Positions 52,101 to 64,000 of a stretch of 64,000 nt of DNA are shown piece after piece. Each line of letters starts with the position of its first letter. The stretch's first letter is position 1. Source of the stretch: Mizuhopecten yessoensis (taxonomy: Eukaryota); contig NW_018403833.1 of assembly GCF_002113885.1 (NCBI RefSeq), positions 124,001-188,000 of the forward strand. The letters run 5' to 3'. The translations under genes and the position numbers were made by a program. Below the pieces are notes generated by a model. It had not been told where the DNA came from. It did no database searches and saw only the letters and a program-made list of their open reading frames with translations.

Positions 52101-55072
52101 AATACGAATCATAACGTACAATTGTATGTCATAGTGGCTGTGACTTTGAGGCGAATTTCAGCAGTCTGTCCTGATGAATGTGTGGGTGTAGACTCGAACA
52201 TGATATCCACATAGTCATCAGAGTCTCCACACCAACTTGAAGGCGACTGGTAGCAGGAATAGACCTGATTGGATAAAACGTAGATCATTTACAGCAAATC
52301 ATACATACAACAATAGCACAGCCAAACTTACCTGAGAAGGAGGGCTGATGCAATTGCTTGAAACTGAGTTGGCTATTTGTGTTCAGAAACGAACAATAAG
52401 GGCAGGTACCATGTTTTGTCACAGATTCACGTTATATAATCAAAGATAAATTAGTCCCTCTTTGTAACTTATTAATTTTTCTTTATAAATACAAAGTCTT
52501 TACACTTAATTAAAACATAAAAGTTTATTAAAAAGTAAACAATATATATATATATGTGTTTACGTAAAAATTGATCAGGAAAACGATTATTATAAATAAA
52601 CAAACAATCGATATTCTTTGCCTTATTTTGTCACTTATTACTTTACTTTTGAATCTAAGGACACTTTATATAATGAAAATATAATTTCAATTGACTAAAA
52701 GCGAAAATACTTTTGATTATGTGATCTTTATTGTTGTCTTAAAATCAGGTTTACCACCAAACGTCGTCCTAAAATAACATCTCATTTAATTATTCTAACA
52801 AACTTGGCAATGGTCGAAGTCATACTTATATCGTACTAATATTCAGGAAAATTCCAAATTGACAAATAACGTACGGCGGCTAAGATTGTGCTAATCTTCA
52901 GTAGGCAAATAAGAATATTTCTTAACCTAAAAGGAAAACTTATTTAATTTCAAAATGCTTTTTTAAATGAAGAAAAAACTGTTTATTTACATAAATAAAG
53001 AACAACGCAATTACAAGACTTTTTATAAGCAAAACATGTTTTGTGCTATTCCTGTAGTTATATAGTGCATGTTTCCAGAGGTTAAAATGACTTCAAATTA
53101 TTCCCAATAATATATAAACAAATTTTATTACTGGTAGCGTAGTGGAAAGGTTCCCATATATATAGTTTTGAGGGAATCCCAGCTACAGAGATACATATTA
53201 TGTTGTTTTATTTGTGGATCATACAATTATAATAAATACGTTTTCTTTGTTCATTTTATATACTTAATAGTGGCAATGACATGAGAAGCAAAGATACAAC
53301 ACAGAAACTGGGACGCTCGACCTTAATGCATAGATAAGATTGATCGGCTTAAAACAGCTGTGTACCAACCATATGCATATGTAATAGATTTGAATCGATG
53401 TTTCGGATTATGTTAACATAACACGGTACGATCCGATTGTACTACATGTATAACAATACCTGTAGCCGCGTCATAAGTGCACGTTATAGCAGGCGCATAT
53501 TTGAGTATAAAGCTTACATATATATTTCTCTCATTTCCCTGTGTGTAAGATAGAACTGTCCAGAGTAGGAAATTTCTATCTTACACATCATTTCACGTGA
53601 CGTTACGTCACAACGGCTCAAACAATGACGTGGCGTCACGAATTTGGAAATCTCCGACGCCGCAATGCGGAAAGGGCGACGTGAGGGAATCAAAACCTTT
53701 CATGATATATTTACCATGGCATATACGTTAGAAAGATGTAATTACCTTTCATTGTTTGTAAATATGGGGTATGCTTAATCTGACTGACAGATTCATTTTC
53801 GTCTAAAAAGCTTAGGAGGAGATTGATATTTTCAAAATGGTGGCCAATCGAAACACATTTTTATGGTCTCTGAGCTTATTCTGGTAGTCTAATTGAGAGA
53901 AAAATACTCTTCCATGCCCAAGGGTGTATGATAGGGAAATTCCACCCTCGGGATTTTCAAATTTTGCAAAACCCTCGGCAAAGCACGGGTTTTTCCCTAA
54001 TTTGAAAACCTCTTTGGTTGCACTTTCCTATCCTACATCCATGGGCATGAAATAGTCTTATAATATTTTGATCAAATATACATATAGATTTACTCATTAT
54101 TATAAGGCAAACTACAAATTAAACGAATACAAGAGTGAAAATTTTAATACAGGAATTATTTCACGTGTAGAAGTTAGTGAAATATGAATAGAAATATAAA
54201 ACAGGACTTTGTTCAATACATTATTAAAATGACCTATCAACCTTTTACCAGTTACGAACCAAACGAAACGGAATTGTATATTATCTAGTAATTGTTTCCT
54301 AGTATATTTGAAAACAAACGTAGGATAGTTCATAAATCCGTTTTTTTTTATGTAAGAACAGTGTCGCCATATTGTGTAACTACCTCTGAAAGGACGCTGA
54401 CAACTCCTTTTTCTAACTTGACCTTTGCCCCGCAGTTCGGAACTTTCCACGTCTCTGCCTCTACACAGACCTTGTACTCGTTCATGTAACCATCATCACG
54501 GCCAATGAAACCAATGGAGCAATAATTAGGTATCACGCCACCGTTCCACACAATCGTGTACGTGTCCTCCTTATTCACATGATGTATTTTATAGTTTTCA
54601 CAATCATTTCCGATGTACACTGTAAAGAAAAATGTAACAAACAATATGAGAATTAACAAAAGATTTCTATGAAGTAAAAACAATGAGTTAGGAGCATAAG
54701 TATTAAATAAATAAAGCAACAATGCGAAATCGTCACTTCCTATCATATTGTGGTCATTCCTTAAATATGTAATGAGAGATAAAATTGTCAAGGTGCATCA
54801 TGTACCCTGAGGAACAACAATGTTAACCTTTCTCCTAATACAAACTCTGGGAACAAATACTACTGAAGCCAACAAAAAAGCACACTACGATAAATATCAC
54901 CATTATTGATTACTTTTGACTATGATTGGGATAGGTTTAAGAAGTGTGTATTACATTGATAGAGAAAGATGAAATGTGTGAGCTTACGTGTTTGGTCACT
55001 GGAATATTGTGTTGACAACCCAATCATGGATATCCAAATCATCAGAATGATATTCTGTCCCATTGTCATCAT
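49144..55072 (-). CDS. Uncharacterised single-pass type I membrane protein, ~253 aa: signal peptide, 6-Cys beta-rich (CUB-like) ectodomain, TM helix, PPxY cytoplasmic tail
   Basis: Exons 55072-54988 (MMTMGQNIILMIWISMIGLS), 54619-54384, 52264-52120, 50708-50586 (IGLAVGGCVGGLFFLILAIVLI-SRVRARR) and 49316-49144 (KPPPSYESV...NGS*). All GT-AG, phases 1,0,1,1, 762 nt in frame. The CUB-like label is inference from the Cys and beta-strand pattern. Confidence 0.82.
50952..51354. mobile_element. Non-autonomous DNA element with ~160-bp terminal hairpin (family A, copy 1)
   Basis: Left end TTCTCTTACCCTG is an inverted repeat of internal CAGGGTAAGAGAA. The hairpin at 51191-51348 follows. Both ends are near-identical to 62700-63264 while the interiors differ. 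Confidence 0.8.
53521..54064. mobile_element. Older non-autonomous hairpin element with the same architecture (family B)
   Basis: Short inverted repeat TATATTTCTCTCA / TGAGAGAAAAATA, then a degenerate hairpin at 53906-54056 with apex CCCTCGGC-AAA-GC. TGACGT motifs lie internally, as in family A. Confidence 0.6.
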
Positions 55073-57939
55073 TCTGATATATATGAAGAAGATATTATTT
55101 TTATATGCATGAAAATATGTACAGTCCTATAACATCTACTATATAATTATTATTATAGGTTTTCAATCTAGAGAATATACATAACACCGTTATTAAACAT
55201 TAATATAGAAATCAATGCACGCGTCAAATTCATCAACCTTGGTCGCTAAGTATGTCTAAGTTTTTTCTTTTAATAATTCAACATATCTAAAACAGATCAT
55301 GTATGCATCGACCCAAATTTACAAAACCTCAATATACATAAACCCAAGTCTACAAAACTTCATTATGCATAACCCAAGTCTATAAATCATCAGTATGTAT
55401 ATTTCAAAAACTACTGTTTACGTTACCCAAGTCTACATGTACAAAGACAAAGTTTACCAAAATAACAATAAATGTTTTCCCAAATCTTCTTCATACAAAA
55501 CAATGAAAAAAACTCTTACATACACACAAACACAAACCTACAAAACCCTAATCTATAAAACCTAATGTACATTATATTCATCTACACATAAATATCAAAC
55601 CTATAAAACTCCATTATATATAAATCACAAAGCTATCAATATCCAGTATACATAAACCCTGGAATGAATGCAAAATCTACTTAATCACAGTATATATAAA
55701 TTATAGCGCCTACAAAGCCCAAATCACAGCAAACATTAACCAAAACCTTTAAACATTAAAATATATTAACCCAACTCTACAAACCATTAGTCTATACATT
55801 CCCATGTTTAAAAAATCTCAGTTATATCCCATGTTTACAAAATCCCAGTATACATTTTCCACTAAATCCAAGTGTAAATTAAAAATAATTTTGCAAAACA
55901 CAATTTTACAAAATTCCAGAACTCACATTTCCATACTTTACAAAAATTCGCTGTAAATAAATCCTTATGTCTGCAATATCTAACTAAACATCAACTAAGT
56001 CTACATAGATCTACATGGAACAGATCTAAACAAATACAAATATAATTTATAATTAAACTCAAAACTACTTCCTGTCTACAAATTGTATTGTTTTACTCTG
56101 TCTTGGTAAACATTATTGTGACTCTAAGATAGAAAAATCACAAACACGTGAGGTCCCGCTGAGATCTTTTATTCAAGTGGGGTTCTCCACGGAGTCCCGA
56201 AAATCATTCATACAATGGGGACGTATTACATACAACAAGGTTGCACAACAGTAAACAAGTCCACATATCGTTACACAAATCATTAGTGCATGCACTCAAG
56301 TCTATAAATTAACACTTTAGGCAACTCAACTCTAAATAAATCGAGACTTGCACCTACCGTTGTCTACATAAACGTAATTTTACAAATTTGTTTCAGTTAA
56401 CTTTTTGAATCTATTTTTCAAAATATAAAGTATTTTTCACAAACATCTTCGCCATGGGGATTCGATCACGCGATCTCTTGATGGTCAATCAGGAAGTCAT
56501 CATATTGAGTGTTTTAATAATCCTCTGAAGCACTCTAAACATGTGTTCAAACCTCCTCAGAAAAACCCATTACTTTTAATAATCTCTTCATGTAAATATA
56601 GCAAATTTGACGTTTATTTAACAGGAAAATAACTATCCAATGCACAGTAGAAATGTAATGGGGCCATCTTCTTTATTTATACGTAAACCAAGCCAGTGCG
56701 TGACCTCCCCCTCTCTCCACATAAAGTGGGTCACCCTACTTATCACACATATATTTACACATGCTCCTTTATTCATACTAGCACATAATTATCCATAGCT
56801 TCATATGTGCCCCTTTACTAGCACAACACTATCTATATTCACACAAACATTGAAATACTTTACACCATATTATTAAATGTTCAATTTCCTCATTTGAGAT
56901 TTGTATTCTTTGTTTGACGTCGGATTGTTTACATTTCATGATTAACAGTTGTCAGAATATTTTATCTAAGTTCACATTCCCTTTACACATACCTGTTACT
57001 TATAAAAGAAAATAACATATATCCAAGACAATCTCCACAGTGACACTCATTAGTATTCAATATTAATCTGAAGTATATCAAAAAATAGCTCACGTACCTG
57101 TAAATTCTTTGTCCATATGCTAAAGTCACCCGGGATAAAATAAGGGTTTCTGGGTTGATAAATATTCACGTGACACAGAATTGATTTCGCAACACTGTGT
57201 ACAGGTGCGCTGAGATAAGATAGCCGGTCTGACCGGTGTGTCGTGCAGTGACTTAACTTCCCGAGTTGTTAAATATATTTCCACTAGCAATTGTATTTTA
57301 CTCAAGTTTTAATTCAATTCATTCAATTATAAAAATGTAAGTATGTCTTTATTTTCACTGAAAATAAAATTGATAAGTGGTATAATAAAAGCATGTCTAC
57401 ACATGAGACGGTAAAAGTAACTAGTAGTTGTAAGGATATGTGTTTTTCATATTCAATTTTTATGGCCTCCAATGTAATTGTCGAAATCGCGCATTAATTT
57501 AAATATCTAATGAGCAAAGACTTTATGCTGGTGTCAAGCTTCGGAGAAACGAAAAGAAAGTAATTTCAATATCAAAACATAATTAGTATTTATTTAATAA
57601 AGTGATACATCACTACTATTTTACAAGACACAAATAGACCATCCTATTTTATTAATCATAAGGGAAGATATCTACATAAATATTTAAAATCAGAGTTAGA
57701 CGAAACAGACATACTACACATATGCATATGACGTCATAGTCCTGTGATGACGGGGAATGTGCAATATCATCTGAGCGTGGAGAAATTCGTTCTCTTCGTG
57801 AAATGCATTAGATGATTGTATGACTATTATAATTATCATGTCAAAAGTACCATTATATGCTGAATTAAATCGTGCATGATATAAAACATGGATATAACAT
57901 AGACGAAACACCATCGATTAAATGATATATAGTTTATAA

Positions 57940-58215
57940 TTTAGATAAAAATTGCAGATGAATATTGTACAATATAATTATACACTTTAGATGATATAAT
58001 GTAGATGATTTATTAAACTTGTAGATGACATATTTTAGATGATATATTGTACACGATATAATTTAGATGATATTTTGTTGACAATATATTTTAGACGATA
58101 TATTGTAGGCAATATATTTTAGATGATATAATGTTGACAATATATTTTAGATGATATATTGTAGACAATATATTTTAGATGATATATATTAGTTAATATA
58201 TTTTAGATGATATAT
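57940..58215. repeat. AT-rich ~14/28-bp tandem repeat
   Basis: GATGATATATTGTAGACAATATATTTTA repeated. Confidence 0.85.
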
Positions 58216-59197
58216 TACACACCCATAATACTTAATGTATTGTTTGAAAATAACCAGTACTCCTATTATTTTAGGAATTAATATCATTATGGGGTTTGAT
58301 GCATCTCCCCTTTTGTTTCAACATTAGTTTAGACCAATTTGGATAAGTACAGTGCAATTAATGTTTTGCATACCGTATCAATTACCCAATTGTATAGGTA
58401 CATTCTTGTGTATCTTACGGTTACCATTATGATATGTTATAGGTGATTTGATATCGAGGTTATGTTGTAAAATTATATGACATAGGTGAACAGAGAGATA
58501 AGGACTAATTTTACAATAACTTGAAATGTGTATAATTGACTTTAATTGATATAAGGATTGAAAATTATTCACATAAAAGTGCGAGGGTTCAAAAGTGCTG
58601 TCATTGTAAATATGAGGATAAACATATATGAACAATATATAAGGAAAATAAAAATTTAATAAAGCGAGAAACAATATCTTCTTTATCCAAATATACTATT
58701 GTTGTTGTCTACAACGTTTTCTGCAATGAAAACCCTTCATCCTGAGGAATTGCAAAAGAAAAAATATGAAGAAAAAGTTTGCCTTGGAGAGCTGGGTACG
58801 ACATGCACTTCGAACGAAAAGCCAAAGGGAAACTAGAAAACTGTTATATAGCTATAGGTCCTGTACAGATTAGCTTTTTTCTGAATAATCTCGTCTTTAA
58901 ATGACCTTAGCTGTTAATTGGACGTTTGGCCCAATGAAACAAAAACAATACCGGTGGTCATCACAGGAAACATTTCACTTGTAGTTCATACATTTCTTTA
59001 TGAATAGTTTAGCTTGTGAATTCATTCTTTTTTAAAGGACGTTGTTCATAAAGAAAACAAATGTAGCATCAATAATATGAAAACTTCCTGTTATATATGT
59101 AAATACTTTTTAGTCCCCAAACGACGAAATGGAAGTCGAAAATGTAACTGTAAGAACTCCTAAATATCCAAATTAATACATATCATTGCGTTCCTTT

Positions 59198-61474
59198 TTA
59201 CTTCTTGCGATGTGTTTTCTTTTTTGACCCATACGCATTAACCTCCTTGACCTCTCCGTAGTCTTTGTTGTTTCCCGAACCATACATGTCCTCTCCTACC
59301 ATCACCTGGGGACCGAAGTACTCGACCTCCTTCTGCTTTTGCAACAGACCCCTGATCTGTACCTGTTGTTTCTCCACTTTATCCTTCAGTCTTTTACACT
59401 CACGGTCTTTCTCCCTCAGCATATTCTTCAGTCGTTCTTCCTCAGACTTCATCTCAGTATTCTGGTCTTCTAGAGTTTGATAGGCTTCTTTTTCCTCCTT
59501 AAGACCCATCTGGACAGACTCCAGCGCTTGCTGTAAAGAATAGTTCTCCTCAGAAAGCTTGCTGCATCTGTTTCGTAAGTCTTCGTTACTTCGCTTCAAG
59601 TCGCCTCCTCTTTCTTCAACACCTCTGTCCTCGTTCTTTGCACGGCGGGAGGAGAGCTGCGAGTATTGATCTTTTAAATTATCATACTGCCTCTTCAACT
59701 CTTCATATTGGTTTTTTAATACATCAAATGCATCCATTTGATCTTGAAGCTTTTCTGAAGTTTTCCTGTTTGTTTTCATTAATTCCTGTTTTTCATTTTC
59801 CCATCGACCGAAGAATTTCTGAATTTGCTGCAATTGATTTTGGTAAGTGCCCATTATAACTTCATTCTTCAGTATGAAATCCTGCTGTTCCTTTTTCATC
59901 TCCCGTGCTCTCTTATCCAGGATTATGTTTTGCTTCTGCTGGAATTGCTCCAACATAGCCTTCAGTCCTCCTGTCTCCGAGTAGTCTGAATCCTTACTAG
60001 GTACAGTACTGACGCGTTCGGCAAACTCGTATCGGCTATGCTCCTAAAATATAAGCACAAGTCGGGAAATCATATTTTTATTGTCAAAAATAGACTTACA
60101 TGACATTGATGTGTTGTAAAATTAATATTAAAAATAATTACTCTGAAAGTTTGATGCATTTACATTAGTAGATAATACAGCTACATTAACACTTGAACAC
60201 TTTTTATACTGATTTTAGAACAGATTATTTCGTATTTTTTAGCAAATATAGAAAACATATAGCTAGTGTTATAAACTTTTTCTAAAATATGATTGATTAA
60301 AAATTACATTCCAACAAAGATCTGTGTAATCTCTCATTATTACAATAATTTGTTTATTTTAAAACATTAATTGTAGCAAAATGCCTTATGTATAAATGAA
60401 GTATAAATGTAAGACAACCAGTACCGCAGGGGAGGTCTACAAGGCGGTTTTCTTCTTCGTAACTTTTGTCGGTCCTTTAAACAGGGCTTTGAATTTTTCA
60501 CCAATATGATTTGTGTAGGGACAGCCCTTAGTGGAAGTTTTATTTGCAGCGTCTAATTTAGTGTTGTATGTTTGGATTTGTAGTAATGTTTAGAAAATGC
60601 GCTGCTTTGGGATGTAGCCACTGTACTTCACAAAATATATTCAAATCAACTGTATGTTACAATCTGAAATGTTCCTATAGCGTCACATGAGAGTAATGAA
60701 AGTTATCCTAGACATTGAACCAACCATGTTTGTTGTTACTAGTAAAATATTCCTTACCACTGGTGTGTTGGAGGTAGAAGGCTCGTGTCGGCTTGTAAGG
60801 AGACTGCTAGAGGTATGAGGGGCGGTTGGTTTAGGCTGAGCAGTTGTCTGACGAGGAGGAGGGACAACCACTTTCCCGGGAGTTTTGGCGAAACCTGGAA
60901 TGTGTATAATCAGCTAAATCAAAGCAAAGACCATTGTATATATAGTTATAATCGAAACTGAAACGACAGCAATTTTGACTGAAATAATGCTTAATTAGAT
61001 TTTATTTATGTTTATTCCTGATCGAATGTAAGCAATTGCCTGAATTATTTTGTAAAGGTTATTTATAGTTGACATCAAAATTACCAACACAATGTTATCA
61101 TCAGCATATGTTCAAATTATTGTAATTACAAATAACATATCAATTCAAAGAAGTATCACTCATGTTTTTCTATGTAACATACCAATCTCTCTTGGCACCG
61201 TGCTTTGGAGTTTCTGGACTAGTGCCTGATGTCCGTCCGCAATAAGAGCATCAAGGAAGCAGGCGAACGCGTCCTTGTGTGGAGACGCTCTCAGTATCTT
61301 GATGAACTCGTTGAACTGACGATGTGCTGTCGGGTGGCATTCTATCTGTTCCCTGTGTTCGAACTTGAAAACGTCCTTCTCAATAAGTTTGTCTATGAGT
61401 GGATCAAGTTCCACAAGTCGTCCTTTCATATAGGTAAGATTTTGTAGAATCTTCTTGTGTTCCTCTTGGTTCAT
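59198..61474 (-). CDS. CARD (death-fold) domain + Pro/Ser/Thr linker + long coiled-coil protein, ~424 aa
   Basis: Exons 61474-61183 (ILQNLTYMKGRLVELDPLIDKLIEKDVF...AFACFLDALIADGHQALVQKL, typical CARD pattern), 60894-60758 (PPPRQTTAQPKPTAP) and 60043-59198 (heptad E/K/Q/L-rich, basic C-terminus). Phases 1 and 0, 1275 nt in frame. Confidence 0.85.
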
Positions 61475-62699
61475 ATTGATAGGTGCAACAGCGATAAACT
61501 AACTCATAATCCGCGATTGAAATAGAAAAAAAAGTGCCCCTCACAAATATCACACTACCTTAAATTTACCAACGATCGTATATTATTTCAAAGATTGTGT
61601 TTACCGCTTGAAGAGTTAACGTCTGTGGGGCTAAGCTCGTTCAGTGTTCGGGTATGACATTGGCAGATGACATTAAAAGATAGGCAGAATTAAATGGGAC
61701 CATCAACCATGCAGGCTAACTCAATGCAATGTATATAAAACGTCCCTATTGTTTTACCAACACGACATTTAATTATAGCATTTAATACCTACGACAATGC
61801 CTTTGATACCACAATAACAAGTTACCGAAGACCTGGGTCTGCTTGTATTGAATACCATCAGCTTGATAATTCAACTGCATAAAATATATATCTCTGTTAT
61901 TTTCTTTATTATCTTAACTAAAACTAAAACATAATCACCTTGGATTCCAAAATCGCCATCACCAAACGAGCGACACAGAAATCGTGTATATTTTCAGAAG
62001 AGGAAAAATGTTTAATTGATTTGCCGGTAAGCTGATGTTACTTAATACTGCTAGCTGGGTCCTTGATTATAGACCGTAAGAAAACACTTTAATCATATTA
62101 TCTGTACTTAATGAACGTTTTATTTAAAACAGAAAATCTGTATACCTTCTGCAGATTATTTCAATTTCGCGAATAGATTTTGTTTGTTTGATGGTTTATA
62201 CTTTTTATGGTTTATTCGGATTTGTTTTAATTTAAATTATCCTGTTTTATTGTGATAACGGTATAATAACACTGCGTTCATAAGTTTTCAGATTTTATTA
62301 TGCAGAAAATAAAACCGGTAATTTGCATCTTAAAAACAGCGTTTATAGGCGAAAGGACGAAATTCCCCAAACCCACTCCCCGAGGAAATAAGTAAATGAC
62401 ACTTTAAAATTTTGTTACACGAATAATACGAAGTTAAAGTTTGATCATATTGTCAATCTATATTTGATAAGCTAGGTTAATACATCTCCACTAAACCGTG
62501 CATGTTCTCATTACGACAAACGTTAAGTAGTATTCAACCACCCCTATCTGAAAGTTCCGTGTCAATATATATCCCAATTTATGATCCTAAAATGAATAAG
62601 GCACTATATGTAAAATCTAAAGCCGTATATGATAATTGTGAGTACGACGAGTGGCGTTATCTGCTGGGTGGGTGAGCTTTCACTTACTCTATAGTGATA

Positions 62700-63264
62700 A
62701 CCTTTTCTCTTTACCCTGGACAGATTTATCCTTACTTTTACCGGTGTGAGATTTCCATGTCTCACCCTAGGGTTGAGACAAGCTACGCGTGCTCTTTGCA
62801 CGTTCTCCACAATAAACCTGACGTCACTGATGTGACCCGGAAGAAGAACTACTTTTATGAGGTCACACACTTATACACAGGTTCGTCTGCTAATATTGTC
62901 ATGTTTACATTTGACATCAAAGAAGACGGGATTGATTTTAAAATGTTTAAAATCGGTGATCTGGTAAATGTTGGATCATATGATGCGTGAAGCGTCTGAC
63001 GCATACATATAATATTAATACGCTATCCACGTGTTCCTGTTTACAAACAATATGGTTGATCTTAAACTTAGGCTGGAACAACAGGGTAAGAGAAAAATAA
63101 TCATTCACCCCCTCGGGGATGAGATAGGGGGATTGCAACCCTCGGGGGAAGATTCTTAAGTTGCCAAACACTCGGCAAAGCCTCGTGTTTGGCAACTTAA
63201 GAATCTTCCCCCATCGGGTTGAGATCCCCCTATCTCAACCCCAAGAGGGTAAAAGATTTCATTA
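62700..63264. mobile_element. Non-autonomous DNA element with ~160-bp terminal hairpin (family A, copy 2)
   Basis: Shares ~75 bp at the left end and ~185 bp at the right end with 50952-51354. Hairpin at 63099-63258 with apex CTCGGC-AAA-GCCTCG. Confidence 0.8.
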
Positions 63265-64000
63265 ATCCCTCAACAACAGTTTGGCTGCTACTTAAAAACG
63301 TTAGAAAAACTATATACAGCTTTGAATTTGTGCATGTTTTTTTGCGTTTTCGTCTGGAAATTATTACTCGCGCGGTGTAGATTCGTGAAAAGAAGGTCGG
63401 TCAATGCAAAAAACACAGTGAAACGTTTAAATACATTGTAATCCTGTGCTACATGTGCATAGGTTGAAATACCACTGTGGTATTTTAAAATGAAGACCTT
63501 TGTGTCCGTATGTACATTTTAAAAGGAAACCGAGATAACGTGAATGAAAGGCAATTTTCGTTGCATGTACCCCTTTATTCATGATTATATTTTTAATAAA
63601 GAGAATGATACGTTGTACGTTTTATTACTTTATGTTTTTCGTCTCTAACCAAAGTCATAATACTGTAAATGTGGAATTTATTTTTCGGTGTAGAAATTTG
63701 TGTAAATCAGCCAAAAAAATATCCACACACGAATAGATTACATAGATCATAAATAGAATGTGTAGTTTTCAGAACCAATGCCAACGCTAAAATTTCCTCA
63801 CATCGACTATTTCAAAAAGTCCCTTCATGAACATTTCCACGTGCGAAGATTTCCACTTTTACAGGAATACCTGGAACAGGAAATCTTCGCACAACTGCAG
63901 AATTCGCGGTGGAATCAAACCGCGAAAAGCTCGAAAATGGCACATCCGAAAAAATATAATAATCATCTGGCAGATTTCGAAGATGTAATCTATATTTAAG

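Noticed and set aside
60425-60560. Possible extra exon in the CARD gene
   Set aside because: No acceptor/donor pair that keeps phase 0-0. The three-exon model is already in frame.
63778-63999. 73-aa ORF at the window end
   Set aside because: It lies in a TACTGTA-initiated MITE-like stretch starting at 63661 and shows no protein features.

Overview
AT-rich, intron-containing animal genomic DNA, not prokaryotic. The repeat types and gene content suggest a marine invertebrate, probably a bivalve mollusc (inference). Positions ~0.3-47.5 kb hold a tandem array of seven paralogous Golgi type II carbohydrate sulfotransferase genes (Gal/GlcNAc-6-O-sulfotransferase, CHST1/3/4/5-like). I rebuilt them exon by exon with GT-AG sites and consistent phases: five are intact, one has a single premature TAA, and one is a multiply disrupted pseudogene. 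A tRNA-Ile(AAT) gene lies in an intron of paralog 6. Downstream on the minus strand are a 5-exon type I membrane protein (Cys-rich, CUB-like ectodomain, PPxY tail) and a 3-exon CARD plus coiled-coil protein. Non-coding space carries many minisatellites, one assembly gap, SINE/LINE remnants and a decayed minimal hammerhead ribozyme. It also carries several sequence-unrelated non-autonomous elements whose terminal hairpins share strand-specific tandem GA/GA mismatches, which is the most unusual signal I found. All calls are by eye; no searches were run.
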